Of a stretch of 64,000 bases of DNA, positions 29,750 through 40,598 are shown in pieces. The notes beneath the pieces were generated by a model, which was not told where the DNA came from, searched no databases, and saw nothing but the letters and a program-made list of their open reading frames with translations. Every line of letters starts with the position of its first letter. Position 1 is the stretch's first letter. The DNA is from an uncultured Pelagibacteraceae bacterium (GTDB lineage Bacteria > Pseudomonadota > Alphaproteobacteria > Pelagibacterales > Pelagibacteraceae), in contig CACHRU010000004.1 of the NCBI GenBank assembly GCA_902582345.1, positions 527 through 64,526 on the forward strand, read 5' to 3'. The translations under genes were made by a program, and so were the position numbers.

Positions 29750-30516
29750 AGAATAAATTCACAATTTTAGGATGTGGAAGCTCATTAGGATCACCTTGGA
29801 TAACAAACTATTGGGGTAAACTTAAAAAAAATAATCCTAAAAATATTAGAACAAGATGCTGTGCCCATATTCAATATAAAAATATATCTATATTAATTGA
29901 TACATCACCTGATATTAAGAGCCAGATTCAATCAAATAAGATTAAAGATATTGACGCTATTTTATATACCCATGAACATGCTGATCAAACCGTTGGAATT
30001 TTTGAAATGAGACCTTTTTATTGGAAAAATAAAAAAAAGATTCCAGTTTATGGTAATAGAAGAACTATTAATGCACTTAGACAAAAATATACTTTTTGTT
30101 TTAAAACTAAACACGGTTATCAACCCATTATGAAATCAAAAATCGTGAAAGGTAAATTTAAAATATTCAAAAAAATGAATTCAATAAGTTTTAATTGTAT
30201 TGATGTACAACATGGTTTAATAAAAGCATACGGCTACGTTTTTAATAAAATAGCATATATAAGTGATTGTAATAAAATTCCAAATAAGTCAAAAAAATAT
30301 TTAGAAAATCTTGATACATTAATTATAGATTGTTTAAGAGAAGAAAAACATCCCTCACATTTCAATTATGAAGATGCACTAAATCTTATAAAAGAAGTAA
30401 AACCAAAAAAAACAATTTTAACAAACCTACATGTTGATTTAGAATTCGATAGCCTCAAGAAAAGACTTCCTAGTAAAGTTATTCCTGCTTATGATGGACT
30501 TTCGTTTAATTTTTAA
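29746..30516 (+). CDS. MBL-fold metallo-hydrolase (PhnP-like)
   Basis: ILGCGSS, IDTSPD, THEHADQ, AYDG. Confidence 0.88.
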   Translation: MKNKFTILGCGSSLGSPWITNYWGKLKKNNPKNIRTRCCAHIQYKNISILIDTSPDIKSQIQSNKIKDIDAILYTHEHADQTVGIFEMRPFYWKNKKKIPVYGNRRTINALRQKYTFCFKTKHGYQPIMKSKIVKGKFKIFKKMNSISFNCIDVQHGLIKAYGYVFNKIAYISDCNKIPNKSKKYLENLDTLIIDCLREEKHPSHFNYEDALNLIKEVKPKKTILTNLHVDLEFDSLKKRLPSKVIPAYDGLSFNF

Positions 30517-31048
30517 TTTCGAGTTTAATTCTATCTAAGAATTTTTTTGAGTTTGGTTTTGTAAAAGAGGCAAAAGTATCAACAACTTTTCCATTTTTAC
30601 CAACAATAATCTTATGAAAATTCCACTTCGGAATAGCTCCTAAACCGTAATTTTTTTTTGCCCATATATAAAATGGATGTGCATTTTTACCTATTACGTT
30701 TATTTTTTCAGTCATAGGAAAATTTATTCCAAAATTTGTTTCACAAAAATCTTTTATTTCCTCATTGGAGCCTGGTTCTTGCTTAAAATTATTTGTTGGA
30801 ACTCCAATAATTACAACATTTTCATCTTTGTAAGTAGTCCATAAATCTTGTAGCTCGCTATATTGTGGGGTGTAACCACAGCGACTTGCCACATTAACAA
30901 CAACAATAACTTTTCCCTTATAATCATCTAAAGAAATTTGTTTACCGTTTATTCCGTTAAATTTAAAATTATATGCTAATTCATTATAATTTGCATTTAC
31001 ATTTAAAAAATTAAAGAACATAAAAATTACTAAATATAAAATTCGCAT
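30506..31048 (-). CDS. glutathione peroxidase
   Basis: NVASRCGYTPQY, QEPG, KWNFHK. Confidence 0.93.
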   Translation of the reverse strand: MRILYLVIFMFFNFLNVNANYNELAYNFKFNGINGKQISLDDYKGKVIVVVNVASRCGYTPQYSELQDLWTTYKDENVVIIGVPTNNFKQEPGSNEEIKDFCETNFGINFPMTEKINVIGKNAHPFYIWAKKNYGLGAIPKWNFHKIIVGKNGKVVDTFASFTKPNSKKFLDRIKLEIKN

Positions 31049-31057
31049 GGATCATTT

Positions 31058-31456
31058 TTAAACATTTAGAGCTTTTGATAAAGCGTTAAATGGTAGCATA
31101 ATACAATTATTTCTACTTTTATTTTTCTTACTGACTAAAATATTAATAAATTGAAATTTTTTAGGTATTTTTTTTTTATTTATTTGGGATTTACTCAAAA
31201 TTTCATAGTTTTTTTTAAAACTTTCAACTGATAATAATTTTATATAATTTGCTAATAAACTAGCTGAAGCTTGACAAAAAACACAGGAGTCTGTCTCGTA
31301 TCTAATAAGTTTGATTTTCTTATTTTTCACAATAACTTCAATTTTAATTTTATCACCACAACTTTTGTTTTTTGCAGATGTTTTGTGAGTATAATCATCT
31401 TTTAATCCCATAAATTTTGTATCTGATGCTATTTTCAAAATCTTCAAATTAATCAT
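31058..31456 (-). CDS. IscU/SufU-like Fe-S scaffold domain protein
   Basis: SCGD, C..CQASAS, R..C..LP. Confidence 0.8.
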   Translation of the reverse strand: MINLKILKIASDTKFMGLKDDYTHKTSAKNKSCGDKIKIEVIVKNKKIKLIRYETDSCVFCQASASLLANYIKLLSVESFKKNYEILSKSQINKKKIPKKFQFINILVSKKNKSRNNCIMLPFNALSKALNV

Positions 31457-32625
31457 TTTTTACTTCCAATTAACAAAAGCACAAAACCAAAAATTGTTGA
31501 CATTAGTGATCCGACTAACACTCCAATTTTAACTCCATCCATATACTCTATATTTTCTATAAATGCCAAGTTTCCAACGAATAAGCTCATTGTAAACCCA
31601 ATTCCAGTTAATACAGATACCGCATAAAATGAAGTCCAATTTGAATTATTTGGTTTGTCTGCATATTTAAAATAAATAGCCAAATAAGAAAAGATGAATA
31701 CTCCAAATTGTTTTCCAAAGAACAAACCTGTTACTATACCTAGTGGTACTGGATTAAATAAAGAACTAAAAGTTAGGCCTTCAAGTGAAACACCAGCGTT
31801 CGCAAATGCAAAAATTGGCATGATACCAAAAGCAACATAAGGTGAAATACTATGCTCGAGCTTTAACAAAAGCGAGTTAGATGATTTTTTTTTATCATGT
31901 GGTATAGTAAGGGCTAATAACACACCGGCTATCGTAGCATGAATTCCTGATTGATGTGTAAATTCCCATAGCAGTATTCCAACAATAAGATAGGGAAAAA
32001 ATTTTTTTACATTAAATTTATTAAGTAAAATTAGAACCAATATAGAAATGAACATCAAAAATAAATATTTGATCTCAATATTTCCTGAATAGAAAAAAGC
32101 TATTATAACTATTGCTCCAAGATCATCAATTATTGCCAAAGCTGTTAAAAAAACTTTTAATGAAATTGGAACTCTTTTTCCAAGTAAAGATAGTACACCT
32201 AGTGAAAAGGCTATGTCAGTAGCCGACGGTATAGCCCAACCATTAAGGGTAACGCTATTATTAAAATTAATAAAAATGTAAAATGCTGCGGGTACAACCA
32301 TGCCACCAACAGCTCCAATTATCGGAAGGGCTGCTTGTTTTGGATTTGAAAGTTCACCCTGAACAAATTCTCTTTTAATTTCTAAAGATACAAGGAAAAA
32401 AAATATTGCCATTAAGACATCATTGATCCAATGTAGAACTGATAATTTAATCCCAAAACCTTTGATGCCTAAAGTTATATACTTTTCTAGAGTATCAAAA
32501 TAATAGGCACTATAATCACTATTACTTATAAATAAAGCAAGGACTGCACTTAACAGCAACAAAAGACCAGAAGCGGACTCAAGTTTAAAAAAGTATTTAA
32601 AAGGCTTAGTAATATTTTGAATCAT
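31453..32625 (-). CDS. nhaA: Na+/H+ antiporter NhaA
   Basis: HWINDVLM, ATDIAF, LAIIDD, GIGFTMSLF. Confidence 0.96.
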   Translation of the reverse strand: MIQNITKPFKYFFKLESASGLLLLLSAVLALFISNSDYSAYYFDTLEKYITLGIKGFGIKLSVLHWINDVLMAIFFFLVSLEIKREFVQGELSNPKQAALPIIGAVGGMVVPAAFYIFINFNNSVTLNGWAIPSATDIAFSLGVLSLLGKRVPISLKVFLTALAIIDDLGAIVIIAFFYSGNIEIKYLFLMFISILVLILLNKFNVKKFFPYLIVGILLWEFTHQSGIHATIAGVLLALTIPHDKKKSSNSLLLKLEHSISPYVAFGIMPIFAFANAGVSLEGLTFSSLFNPVPLGIVTGLFFGKQFGVFIFSYLAIYFKYADKPNNSNWTSFYAVSVLTGIGFTMSLFVGNLAFIENIEYMDGVKIGVLVGSLMSTIFGFVLLLIGSKK

Positions 32626-32691
32626 AATTTATAATAACAGAATTGTTCTAAGATAATTGACAAAATTTGTCACCTATAATATATAATTTTA

Positions 32692-33426
32692 ATGATAATT
32701 GCTCTCATTCCATCAAGACTAAACTCAAAAAGATTAAAAGAAAAACCACTGATTGAATTAGACGGTATACCGCTAATAGTTCATTGTTATAAAAGGGTAA
32801 AATTGTCAAAAAAAATTGATAAAGTTTTTGTTTGTACAGATAGCAATAAAATTAAAAAGGTTGTGGAAGAAAACGGTGGAGATGCAATACTAACATCTAA
32901 AAAACATAAAAATGGGACTGAAAGAATTAATGAAGTTGCCAAAAAACTTAACGCAAGACTAATATTAGATGTTCAAGGCGATGAACCTTTGATAAATCCT
33001 AAATCAATAGATAAAGTTATTAATTTTCACTTAAAAAATAAAAAATTTGATATAATACTGCCAAGTGTTCCTTTTGACCCCAAGAATGATAATAAAAATA
33101 TAGTAAAAAATTTATTTAATTATAAAAAAGAAATTTTGTATTTAAGTAGATCATTAATACCTTTAAACAACTTTAACAAAAGAATTAAATATTTTAAACA
33201 CTCATCAATAATTTCTTTTACAAAAAAAGCCTTAAATAATTTTTGTAAATTGAAACAATCTCCACTTGAAATTATTGAGGGTGTTGAATTATTAAGAGCT
33301 GTAGAAAATAATTTCAAGATAGGAACTTTTATTTTAAATGATAAAAGTTTTTCTGTAGATGTAAATTATGATTTACTTAAAGCGATGAAAAAAATTAAAA
33401 AAGATCCAATAAGAAAACTTTATTAG
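32692..33426 (+). CDS. kdsB: 3-deoxy-manno-octulosonate cytidylyltransferase
   Basis: IPSRLNSKRL..KPL, NGTERI, VQGDEP, LSRS.IP. Confidence 0.85.
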   Translation: MIIALIPSRLNSKRLKEKPLIELDGIPLIVHCYKRVKLSKKIDKVFVCTDSNKIKKVVEENGGDAILTSKKHKNGTERINEVAKKLNARLILDVQGDEPLINPKSIDKVINFHLKNKKFDIILPSVPFDPKNDNKNIVKNLFNYKKEILYLSRSLIPLNNFNKRIKYFKHSSIISFTKKALNNFCKLKQSPLEIIEGVELLRAVENNFKIGTFILNDKSFSVDVNYDLLKAMKKIKKDPIRKLY

Positions 33427-34067
33427 TGCCTAATATTAAAAAATTGAAAAATATTCGGATGGTAATTTTTGATTTGGATGGAGTCCTTATTAATAGCAAA
33501 AACAATATGAGGAAATCCTGGAATAAAGTAAGAGAAATACATAAAATAAGAAATAAATTTGAAGAGTACTTTAAATACATTGGCTTGCCTTTTTTAGAAA
33601 TACTTAAACGACTGAGAATAAGGGATAAACATTCAAAAATTTTCAAAACGTTTAAAAAAGTTTCAGTAAAAAATTTTAGTTTAATGAAACCTTACCCTCA
33701 AATGAAGAAAGTTTTAGCAATAATCAAAAATAAAGATATAAAGCTTAGTATCGTTACGTCTAAAGACTATGTAAGAACTAAAAAAATTCTTAATTTATAT
33801 AAAATTAAAAACTTTAATGTTGTTTGTGCTTATTCTTCAAAAATGAGAGGCAAACCGCATCCAGATCAATTAAAATATGTTCTAAAAAAAACACAGATAA
33901 AAGCTCAAAATACAATATACGTCGGAGATATGTATGTTGATTTTTTAGCATCTAAAAATGCCAAAATGAAATTCGTATTCGCAAAATATGGATATGGTAG
34001 AGATAACTCAAAATACAAATATAAAATCAACAGTTTATCTGACTTAAAATATATAAATAAGAGTTAA
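33426..34067 (+). CDS. HAD family hydrolase (phosphoglycolate phosphatase-like)
   Basis: FDLDGVL, TSK, KPHP, VGDM..D. Confidence 0.85.
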   Translation: MPNIKKLKNIRMVIFDLDGVLINSKNNMRKSWNKVREIHKIRNKFEEYFKYIGLPFLEILKRLRIRDKHSKIFKTFKKVSVKNFSLMKPYPQMKKVLAIIKNKDIKLSIVTSKDYVRTKKILNLYKIKNFNVVCAYSSKMRGKPHPDQLKYVLKKTQIKAQNTIYVGDMYVDFLASKNAKMKFVFAKYGYGRDNSKYKYKINSLSDLKYINKS

Positions 34068-34113
34068 ATTTTAATAGTATAAAAATAATTTTTGCTTTAT
34101 AAAACAACATGTT

Positions 34114-34190
<77 letters not shown>

Positions 34191-34196
34191 TTCATT

Positions 34197-36419
34197 ATGA
34201 AAATTAAAAAAGTAGTTGTCGTAGGTTCAGGTACAATGGGAAGTGGTATAGCTGCTCATCTATGTAATGCTAACATTAATGTGGTACTTTTAGATTTAAA
34301 AACTGAAATCGCAGATTTAGCTAAAGAAAGAATTTTAAAATCAAGACCACCTTTATTATTCGAAAAATCTAAAATTGATTATTTGGAAACTGGAAATATC
34401 GAAGATAATTTTAACCATGTATCTGATGCAGATTGGATTGTTGAGGCTGTAGTTGAGAGAATTGATATAAAACATGATATATATCAAAAAATTTTTAAGG
34501 TAAGAAAAAAAGACTCTATAATTTCATCTAATACTTCCACCATACCATTAAAAATATTATCTGAAAAACTTAATCAAAACGATAAAAAGGATTTTTGTAT
34601 TACCCATTTTTTTAATCCTGTAAGATATATGGGTTTACTTGAAATCGTTCAAAATAAATTAAACGATAATAACAAAATTCAATTTTTAAAAGATTTTTGT
34701 GAAATTAAATTAGGTAAAGGTGTGATCATTTGTGGAGATACACCTGGATTTTTAGGTAATCGAATTGGGGTTTATGCAATGCAAATTGCAATGACAGAAG
34801 CAATAAATATGAATCTTACCGTTGAAGAAGCTGATGCTGTTTTTGGAAGACCTATGGGAATTCCTAAAACAGGTGTTTTTGCCCTATATGATTTAATAGG
34901 AATAGATCTTATGTCAGATGTATTAAAGAGTTTTAAAAAGGAATTGCCTCCAGATGATAAGTTTCACAATGTTTCAAAAGATATTCCAATAATAAAAAAA
35001 CTTATTGAAACAGGCTTTACAGGCAGAAAAGGGAAAGGTGGCTTTTATAGAATTAATAAAACAAATAACAAAAAGATACTTGAAGCTCTAAATTTAAAAA
35101 CGAACAAATATTCTCCTTCAAAAAAAATCGATTTGCAGATCAAAAAGATAAATTTATTAGAGCTTATTAATAGAAAAGATAAGTATGGAAAATATGCATG
35201 GTCTGTCATAGAAAAAATAATTTTATATGCTTCCTCTCTGATACCTCAAATCACTAATGAATATAATGATATAGACGAAGCACTCAGATTAGGATTTAAC
35301 TGGAGCCTAGGACCATTTGAGATGTTAGATTCGATTGGATTGGAAAACTTTTTTGCGAAATCATCTAATGTGAGTAAAAATAAGTTTTTATTAGACCTTA
35401 AAAATAAAAAAGTTAAAAAATTTTATAATGAGAGACAAAAATATACAAACATCGAAACTTTCGCAAAAATAAAAAATTCTGCTCTTAAATTCGATAAAAA
35501 TGATTCAGCCGAGACTTATAGATTTAAAGATTTTAATATAGTTGAGTTTAACACTAAAGCTAATGCTTTAGATTATGACTCAATGGATGCTTTGATGAAA
35601 GCAACAGATAAACCTTTAATAATAATAAATGAAAGTATGCAATTTTCAGCTGGAGTAAATTTAAATTATGTAATGGATTTTGTTAAAAAAGGTGATTTAA
35701 AATCAGTTGAAAAATTTATAAAATATTTCCAGCAAACCTGCCAACATCTTAAATACTGTGATAATCCAGTCATATCAGCACCTTCAGGACTTGCTCTAGG
35801 TGGAGGGGAAGAAGTTTTATTACAAAGCAATTATGTAGTCTCTCACACAAATATAGTTATGGGGTTAGTTGAAACAATTGTAGGATTGGTACCTGCTGGT
35901 GGTGGGTGTAAAGAACTATTATGGAGATGGACACAAACAAAGGAAGCAGAAAATGACTATGATTTTGCTCCGTTAAAAGTTTTTGAAATAATTGGATATG
36001 CTAAAACTGCTTCTTCACCTCAACAGGCAAAACCACTTCTTTTTTTAGACTCTAATCATGAAGTAATAATAAATCGTAATAATTTATTTTCTGCTGCAAA
36101 ATCTTTTGTATTAAAAAACAAAAATTTTTCACCTCCGAGTGAATGTAAATTTAGACTCACAGGGTCGCAGGTAAGAGAAAAAATGCAAAAAATACTTGAA
36201 GATTTGTATAATAAAAAGGTAATTTTCGATCATGGTATGGAAGTTGGTAAAGAATTAGCATATGTATTGAGTGGTGGTGATACAGATATAAATAAAACAA
36301 TTGATGAAAAACAAATGTATAAGTTGGAGTTAGACAGTTTTATGAAATTAATAGAAACAAAAAATACACAAAAAAGAATTGAACATACTTTAACAACAGG
36401 AAAACCATTGGTTAATTAA
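34197..36419 (+). CDS. 3-hydroxyacyl-CoA dehydrogenase / enoyl-CoA hydratase fusion (FadN-like)
   Basis: [23 protein letters not shown]; C-terminal crotonase (FSAG, ALGGGEE, GLVP). Confidence 0.9.
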   Translation: MKIKKVVVVGSGTMGSGIAAHLCNANINVVLLDLKTEIADLAKERILKSRPPLLFEKSKIDYLETGNIEDNFNHVSDADWIVEAVVERIDIKHDIYQKIFKVRKKDSIISSNTSTIPLKILSEKLNQNDKKDFCITHFFNPVRYMGLLEIVQNKLNDNNKIQFLKDFCEIKLGKGVIICGDTPGFLGNRIGVYAMQIAMTEAINMNLTVEEADAVFGRPMGIPKTGVFALYDLIGIDLMSDVLKSFKKELPPDDKFHNVSKDIPIIKKLIETGFTGRKGKGGFYRINKTNNKKILEALNLKTNKYSPSKKIDLQIKKINLLELINRKDKYGKYAWSVIEKIILYASSLIPQITNEYNDIDEALRLGFNWSLGPFEMLDSIGLENFFAKSSNVSKNKFLLDLKNKKVKKFYNERQKYTNIETFAKIKNSALKFDKNDSAETYRFKDFNIVEFNTKANALDYDSMDALMKATDKPLIIINESMQFSAGVNLNYVMDFVKKGDLKSVEKFIKYFQQTCQHLKYCDNPVISAPSGLALGGGEEVLLQSNYVVSHTNIVMGLVETIVGLVPAGGGCKELLWRWTQTKEAENDYDFAPLKVFEIIGYAKTASSPQQAKPLLFLDSNHEVIINRNNLFSAAKSFVLKNKNFSPPSECKFRLTGSQVREKMQKILEDLYNKKVIFDHGMEVGKELAYVLSGGDTDINKTIDEKQMYKLELDSFMKLIETKNTQKRIEHTLTTGKPLVN

Positions 36420-38179
36420 TGACTACTTATTCCGCACCAGTTGAAGAAATGATGTTTTTATATAATCATTTAAAAGACAACAAAGATTATAACGAGATAC
36501 AAAAATTTAAAGAAATAAACTCTGATCTAGTCAAAGATATTTTAGATCAAGCTGCAAAAATAAATCAAGAAATTGTTCATCCTCTAGCAAAAGTTGGTGA
36601 TGAAACCCCGTGTGTTTATGAAAATGGTGTTGTAAGATCACCTCCCGGCTATAAACAAGCGTATCAACAGTTTATTAAAGATGGGTGGACATCATTATCA
36701 TGTGATCCAAAATATGGTGGCCAAGGTATGCCCAAAACTGTAAGTACTTTTTTTGAGGAAATGCTATCTTCATCAAGCCTATCATTTAAACTTTATAGCG
36801 AACTTAGTATTGGGGCATATCATTGTATTTTGCATCATGCAGATACTAAAATAAAAAATAAATTTTTACCTAAAATTGTAGAAGGAAAATGGAGCGGCAC
36901 AATGTGTTTAACAGAGTCCCAATGTGGCACAGATTTAGGCTTAATTAAAACAAAAGCTGAAAAACAAGAAGACGGTTCTTTTTTATTAACCGGTCAAAAA
37001 ATTTTTATCACATCTGGTGACCATGATTTAACAGAAAATATAATACATCTTGTTTTGGCAAAAATACCTGGAGCACCCCCAGGTACAAAAGGAATAAGTT
37101 TATTTCTTGTGCCTAAATTTAATGTGAACGATGATGGTAACATAGGAACAAGGAACGGGGTTAAAACTCTATCAATTGAGTCAAAGATGGGTATAAAGGG
37201 TTCGCCGACATGTGTCCTAAATTTTGATAACGCAAAGGGCTATCTTATTGGTAAAGAAAATAAAGGTTTAAGCTCAATGTTTACAATGATGAATTTAGAG
37301 AGAATAATTGTTGGAATTCAAGGTTTAGGAATAGCCGAGACTGCATATCAAAACTCACTAGCTTACGCCAAAGAAAGAAAACAAGGCAAAGCAAATAATA
37401 CTAATACAGAAAAAGCTGATGAAATTATTAAGCATGCAGATATTAGACGAAGTCTGTTGAGCATGAAGTCAATTATAGAGGGTGAGAGATCCCTCTCATT
37501 TTGGTTGTCACAACAAATTGACGTAAGCTTAAACCATTCAGATGAAAATATAAGAAAAAATGCAAACGATCTTGTTTCTTTGATGACACCAGTAGTTAAA
37601 TCATTTTTTACAGATATGGGATCTGAAATAACAAATGAGGCCATCCAAGTTTTTGGAGGCTACGGTTATACCAAAGACCAAGGTATAGAACAGCTTTTTA
37701 GAGATAATAGAATAACACCTATTTATGAGGGCACAAATTCTGTTCAAGCAATAGATTTAGTTTTCCGAAAAGTCTTAAAGGAAAAGATTTTAAATAATTT
37801 TTTGAAATTAATACAAAAAGAAATTAGTGAACACAATAATAATCAACAATTAAAAAAGTTTTCAAATATTATTAACGATAAAATTGATATAATTAACAAA
37901 TTTTCAAATTGGTTAGAAAAAAGAAATAAAGAAAAAAGAGATGATGTAAGCGCTTCTTGCAACGATTTCTTGAAAATTCTAGGTTATTTATCCTTAGCTT
38001 ATTCTTGGTTTAAAACAACTAAAGTAAGTTTAAGTTTAAAAGATCAGAATAAAAATTTTTACAATGAGAAAATAAATACAGCAAATTATTACTTTGATAA
38101 AATTCTACCAAGAATTAATGCTCATTATGAGTCTGCTACTAGTGGAAGTGATATAATAATGAACGCAAAATTTGGATAA
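36419..38179 (+). CDS. dmdC: acyl-CoA dehydrogenase, probable methylmercaptopropionyl-CoA dehydrogenase
   Basis: GTMCLTE..CGTDL, KIFIT, KMGI, MMN.ER, IYEGTN; operon with dmdB/dmdA-like genes. Confidence 0.75.
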   Translation: MTTYSAPVEEMMFLYNHLKDNKDYNEIQKFKEINSDLVKDILDQAAKINQEIVHPLAKVGDETPCVYENGVVRSPPGYKQAYQQFIKDGWTSLSCDPKYGGQGMPKTVSTFFEEMLSSSSLSFKLYSELSIGAYHCILHHADTKIKNKFLPKIVEGKWSGTMCLTESQCGTDLGLIKTKAEKQEDGSFLLTGQKIFITSGDHDLTENIIHLVLAKIPGAPPGTKGISLFLVPKFNVNDDGNIGTRNGVKTLSIESKMGIKGSPTCVLNFDNAKGYLIGKENKGLSSMFTMMNLERIIVGIQGLGIAETAYQNSLAYAKERKQGKANNTNTEKADEIIKHADIRRSLLSMKSIIEGERSLSFWLSQQIDVSLNHSDENIRKNANDLVSLMTPVVKSFFTDMGSEITNEAIQVFGGYGYTKDQGIEQLFRDNRITPIYEGTNSVQAIDLVFRKVLKEKILNNFLKLIQKEISEHNNNQQLKKFSNIINDKIDIINKFSNWLEKRNKEKRDDVSASCNDFLKILGYLSLAYSWFKTTKVSLSLKDQNKNFYNEKINTANYYFDKILPRINAHYESATSGSDIIMNAKFG

Positions 38180-38184
38180 GTGTA

Positions 38185-39813
38185 ATGAGCCAGTACAATA
38201 TTAATCTAGATAAAAACGAGGCTAATTACGTTCCATTATCACCTCTTACATTTTTAGAGAGAATTAAAGACGTTTATCCAAACTATGAAGCCCTAATTTA
38301 TGGCAACAGAAAATATACTTGGTTAGAGGTATATAGGAGAGCAGTCAAATTCGCGAGTGCTTTAACTAAAATTGGTATAAAAGAAGGTGATACTGTTTCA
38401 ATAATGGCAGCAAATACTCCAGAGTTATTCGAAGCCCATTATTCAATTCCAATGACTGGCGCTGTGATTAATACAATAAATACAAGACTAGACTCAAAAA
38501 CAGTAAGTTATATTTTAGATCATAGCGATGCTAAAGTTTTGATTGTAGATAGACAATTCAAGAATACTATATCTAAAGCTTTAGAGAATTTTAATAAAAA
38601 GATAATTATAATTGATATTAATGATAAACAAATAAATTTACCAGATGGTGGTAAAATTGGCGATCTAGAATATGAAAAATTTTTGAGTACAGGTGATGAG
38701 CATTTTGTCTGGAAAAAACCAGTTGATGAGTGGCAGGCAATATCATTAAATTACACATCAGGAACAACCGGACTACCAAAAGGTGTAGTGTACCATCATA
38801 GAGGGTCATATTTGATGTCAATGGGAAGTGTTATGGCTTGGGGTATGCCAAATAGATTAACTTATTTGTATACTGTGCCAATGTTTCATTGTAACGGATG
38901 GGGCTATCCTTGGACTCTTGCTTTACTGCATGCACGTATAATTTTTGTAAGAAATATAATTGTAAAAGATATTTTTAATTTAATCGTTAAATATAAAGTC
39001 ACACATTTTGGTGGGGCTCCTATTGTATTAAACATGCTTGCAAATGCACCGAAAGATGAACAGAAAAAGTTAATTAATAAAGTTTTTGTTATGACGGCTG
39101 GCGCTCCACCACCTAGCTCAATTTTAAAAAAAATGCAATTATTAGGTTTTGAAGTGATGCATGTGTACGGTTTAACAGAAACCTATGGTCATATTTCACA
39201 TTGTGCATGGAACAACGATTGGGATAATTTTGACGAAGAAAAAAAATCTGAAATTAAATCCTATCAAGGTGTTAGATATCCTCATACGGAACATGTTGCC
39301 GTTCTGGATCCGAAAACCTACCAGAAGATACCCCAAGACGGTAAAACTATGGGCGAAATAATGATCAGAAGCAATACTGTTATGAAAGGATATTATAAAA
39401 ACAATGAAGCAACTAAAAAAGCTATGGAAAAGGGATGGTTTCATTCCGGTGATTTAGCAGTGGTACATAAAAATGGCTACATACAGGTCAAAGATAGATC
39501 AAAAGATATTATTATTTCAGGAGGAGAAAACATTTCATCAGTTGAAATTGAAAACACTTTAACAAAACATCCGTCTGTATCTTTATCAGCGGTAGTGGCT
39601 AGACCTGATAAAAAATGGGGTGAAACACCTTGCGCATTTGTGGAGTTAATAAAAGGAAAAATAGCAACCGAAGACGAACTACTTAAATTTTGCAGAGAAA
39701 CATTAGCAGGTTTTAAAATGCCCAAAAAAATTATATTTTGTGAATTACCTAAAACCTCAACTGGTAAAATTCAAAAATATGAATTGAGGAAAAAAGCCAA
39801 GGAAATAAATTGA
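38185..39813 (+). CDS. dmdB: acyl-CoA synthetase, probable methylmercaptopropionate-CoA ligase
   Basis: NYTSGTTG.PKG, PMFHCNGW, YGLTET, DRSKDIIISGGEN; dmdA context. Confidence 0.78.
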   Translation: MSQYNINLDKNEANYVPLSPLTFLERIKDVYPNYEALIYGNRKYTWLEVYRRAVKFASALTKIGIKEGDTVSIMAANTPELFEAHYSIPMTGAVINTINTRLDSKTVSYILDHSDAKVLIVDRQFKNTISKALENFNKKIIIIDINDKQINLPDGGKIGDLEYEKFLSTGDEHFVWKKPVDEWQAISLNYTSGTTGLPKGVVYHHRGSYLMSMGSVMAWGMPNRLTYLYTVPMFHCNGWGYPWTLALLHARIIFVRNIIVKDIFNLIVKYKVTHFGGAPIVLNMLANAPKDEQKKLINKVFVMTAGAPPPSSILKKMQLLGFEVMHVYGLTETYGHISHCAWNNDWDNFDEEKKSEIKSYQGVRYPHTEHVAVLDPKTYQKIPQDGKTMGEIMIRSNTVMKGYYKNNEATKKAMEKGWFHSGDLAVVHKNGYIQVKDRSKDIIISGGENISSVEIENTLTKHPSVSLSAVVARPDKKWGETPCAFVELIKGKIATEDELLKFCRETLAGFKMPKKIIFCELPKTSTGKIQKYELRKKAKEIN

Positions 39814-40598
39814 ATTTTGAAATTGATGATAAATCTGTTTTTTCAATGGACACCGGGGAAACTCTAGACTCTAAAAAAAATACTATATTTCTTTTACATG
39901 GCAGCGGCCAATCACATGTTGTTTGGTCTCTGACAACACAATTTTTATCTGATCAAAATAACAATGTGTTTGCAATAGATTTCCCAGGTCATGGGAATTC
40001 AGAAGGTGAAAGTTTAAAATCAATTGAAGATATGGCTGAATGGTTGGATAAAGTTGTAAAAAAATTAGATTTAAATGAAATCACTCTTATAGGACATTCT
40101 CAGGGTTGTTTGGTAGCACTTGAGTATGCAAGCAAATTTACAAAAAAAGTTAAGAATATTATTTTTATAGCTGGTTCATATGAAATTCCAGTTAATAAAG
40201 ATCTAATTAATTTAGCTTTAGCTGGAGATATGGAAACATTAAATTTAATGATGAAGTGGGGTTATGGAAGTTCAAAACAATTTATTGGAGGCAATCCTCT
40301 ACAAAAAATTTTAAATTCAGCAAGGGAAGTTCGCGATGTACTAGCCACCGATTTAATTGCTTGTAATAATTACAAAAATGGCACTAAAGCTATAAAGAAA
40401 ATAAACTGTCCTACATTTTTTATTTTTGGTGAATTAGATAAAATGATAAGAATTGAGAAAGGTAAAGAGTTTGCGAATTTATTTTCAAACTCTGAAACGC
40501 ATGTTATTAAAAATTGTGGACATATGATTTTACTAGAAAATGCTTTTGAAATGAGAGAAAAGATAAATAATTTTTTAAAAAAAAATGAAAAAATTTGA
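39810..40598 (+). CDS. alpha/beta fold hydrolase
   Basis: LHGSG, DFPGHG, GHSQG nucleophile elbow, GH; TTG start overlapping upstream stop. Confidence 0.85.
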   Translation: MNFEIDDKSVFSMDTGETLDSKKNTIFLLHGSGQSHVVWSLTTQFLSDQNNNVFAIDFPGHGNSEGESLKSIEDMAEWLDKVVKKLDLNEITLIGHSQGCLVALEYASKFTKKVKNIIFIAGSYEIPVNKDLINLALAGDMETLNLMMKWGYGSSKQFIGGNPLQKILNSAREVRDVLATDLIACNNYKNGTKAIKKINCPTFFIFGELDKMIRIEKGKEFANLFSNSETHVIKNCGHMILLENAFEMREKINNFLKKNEKI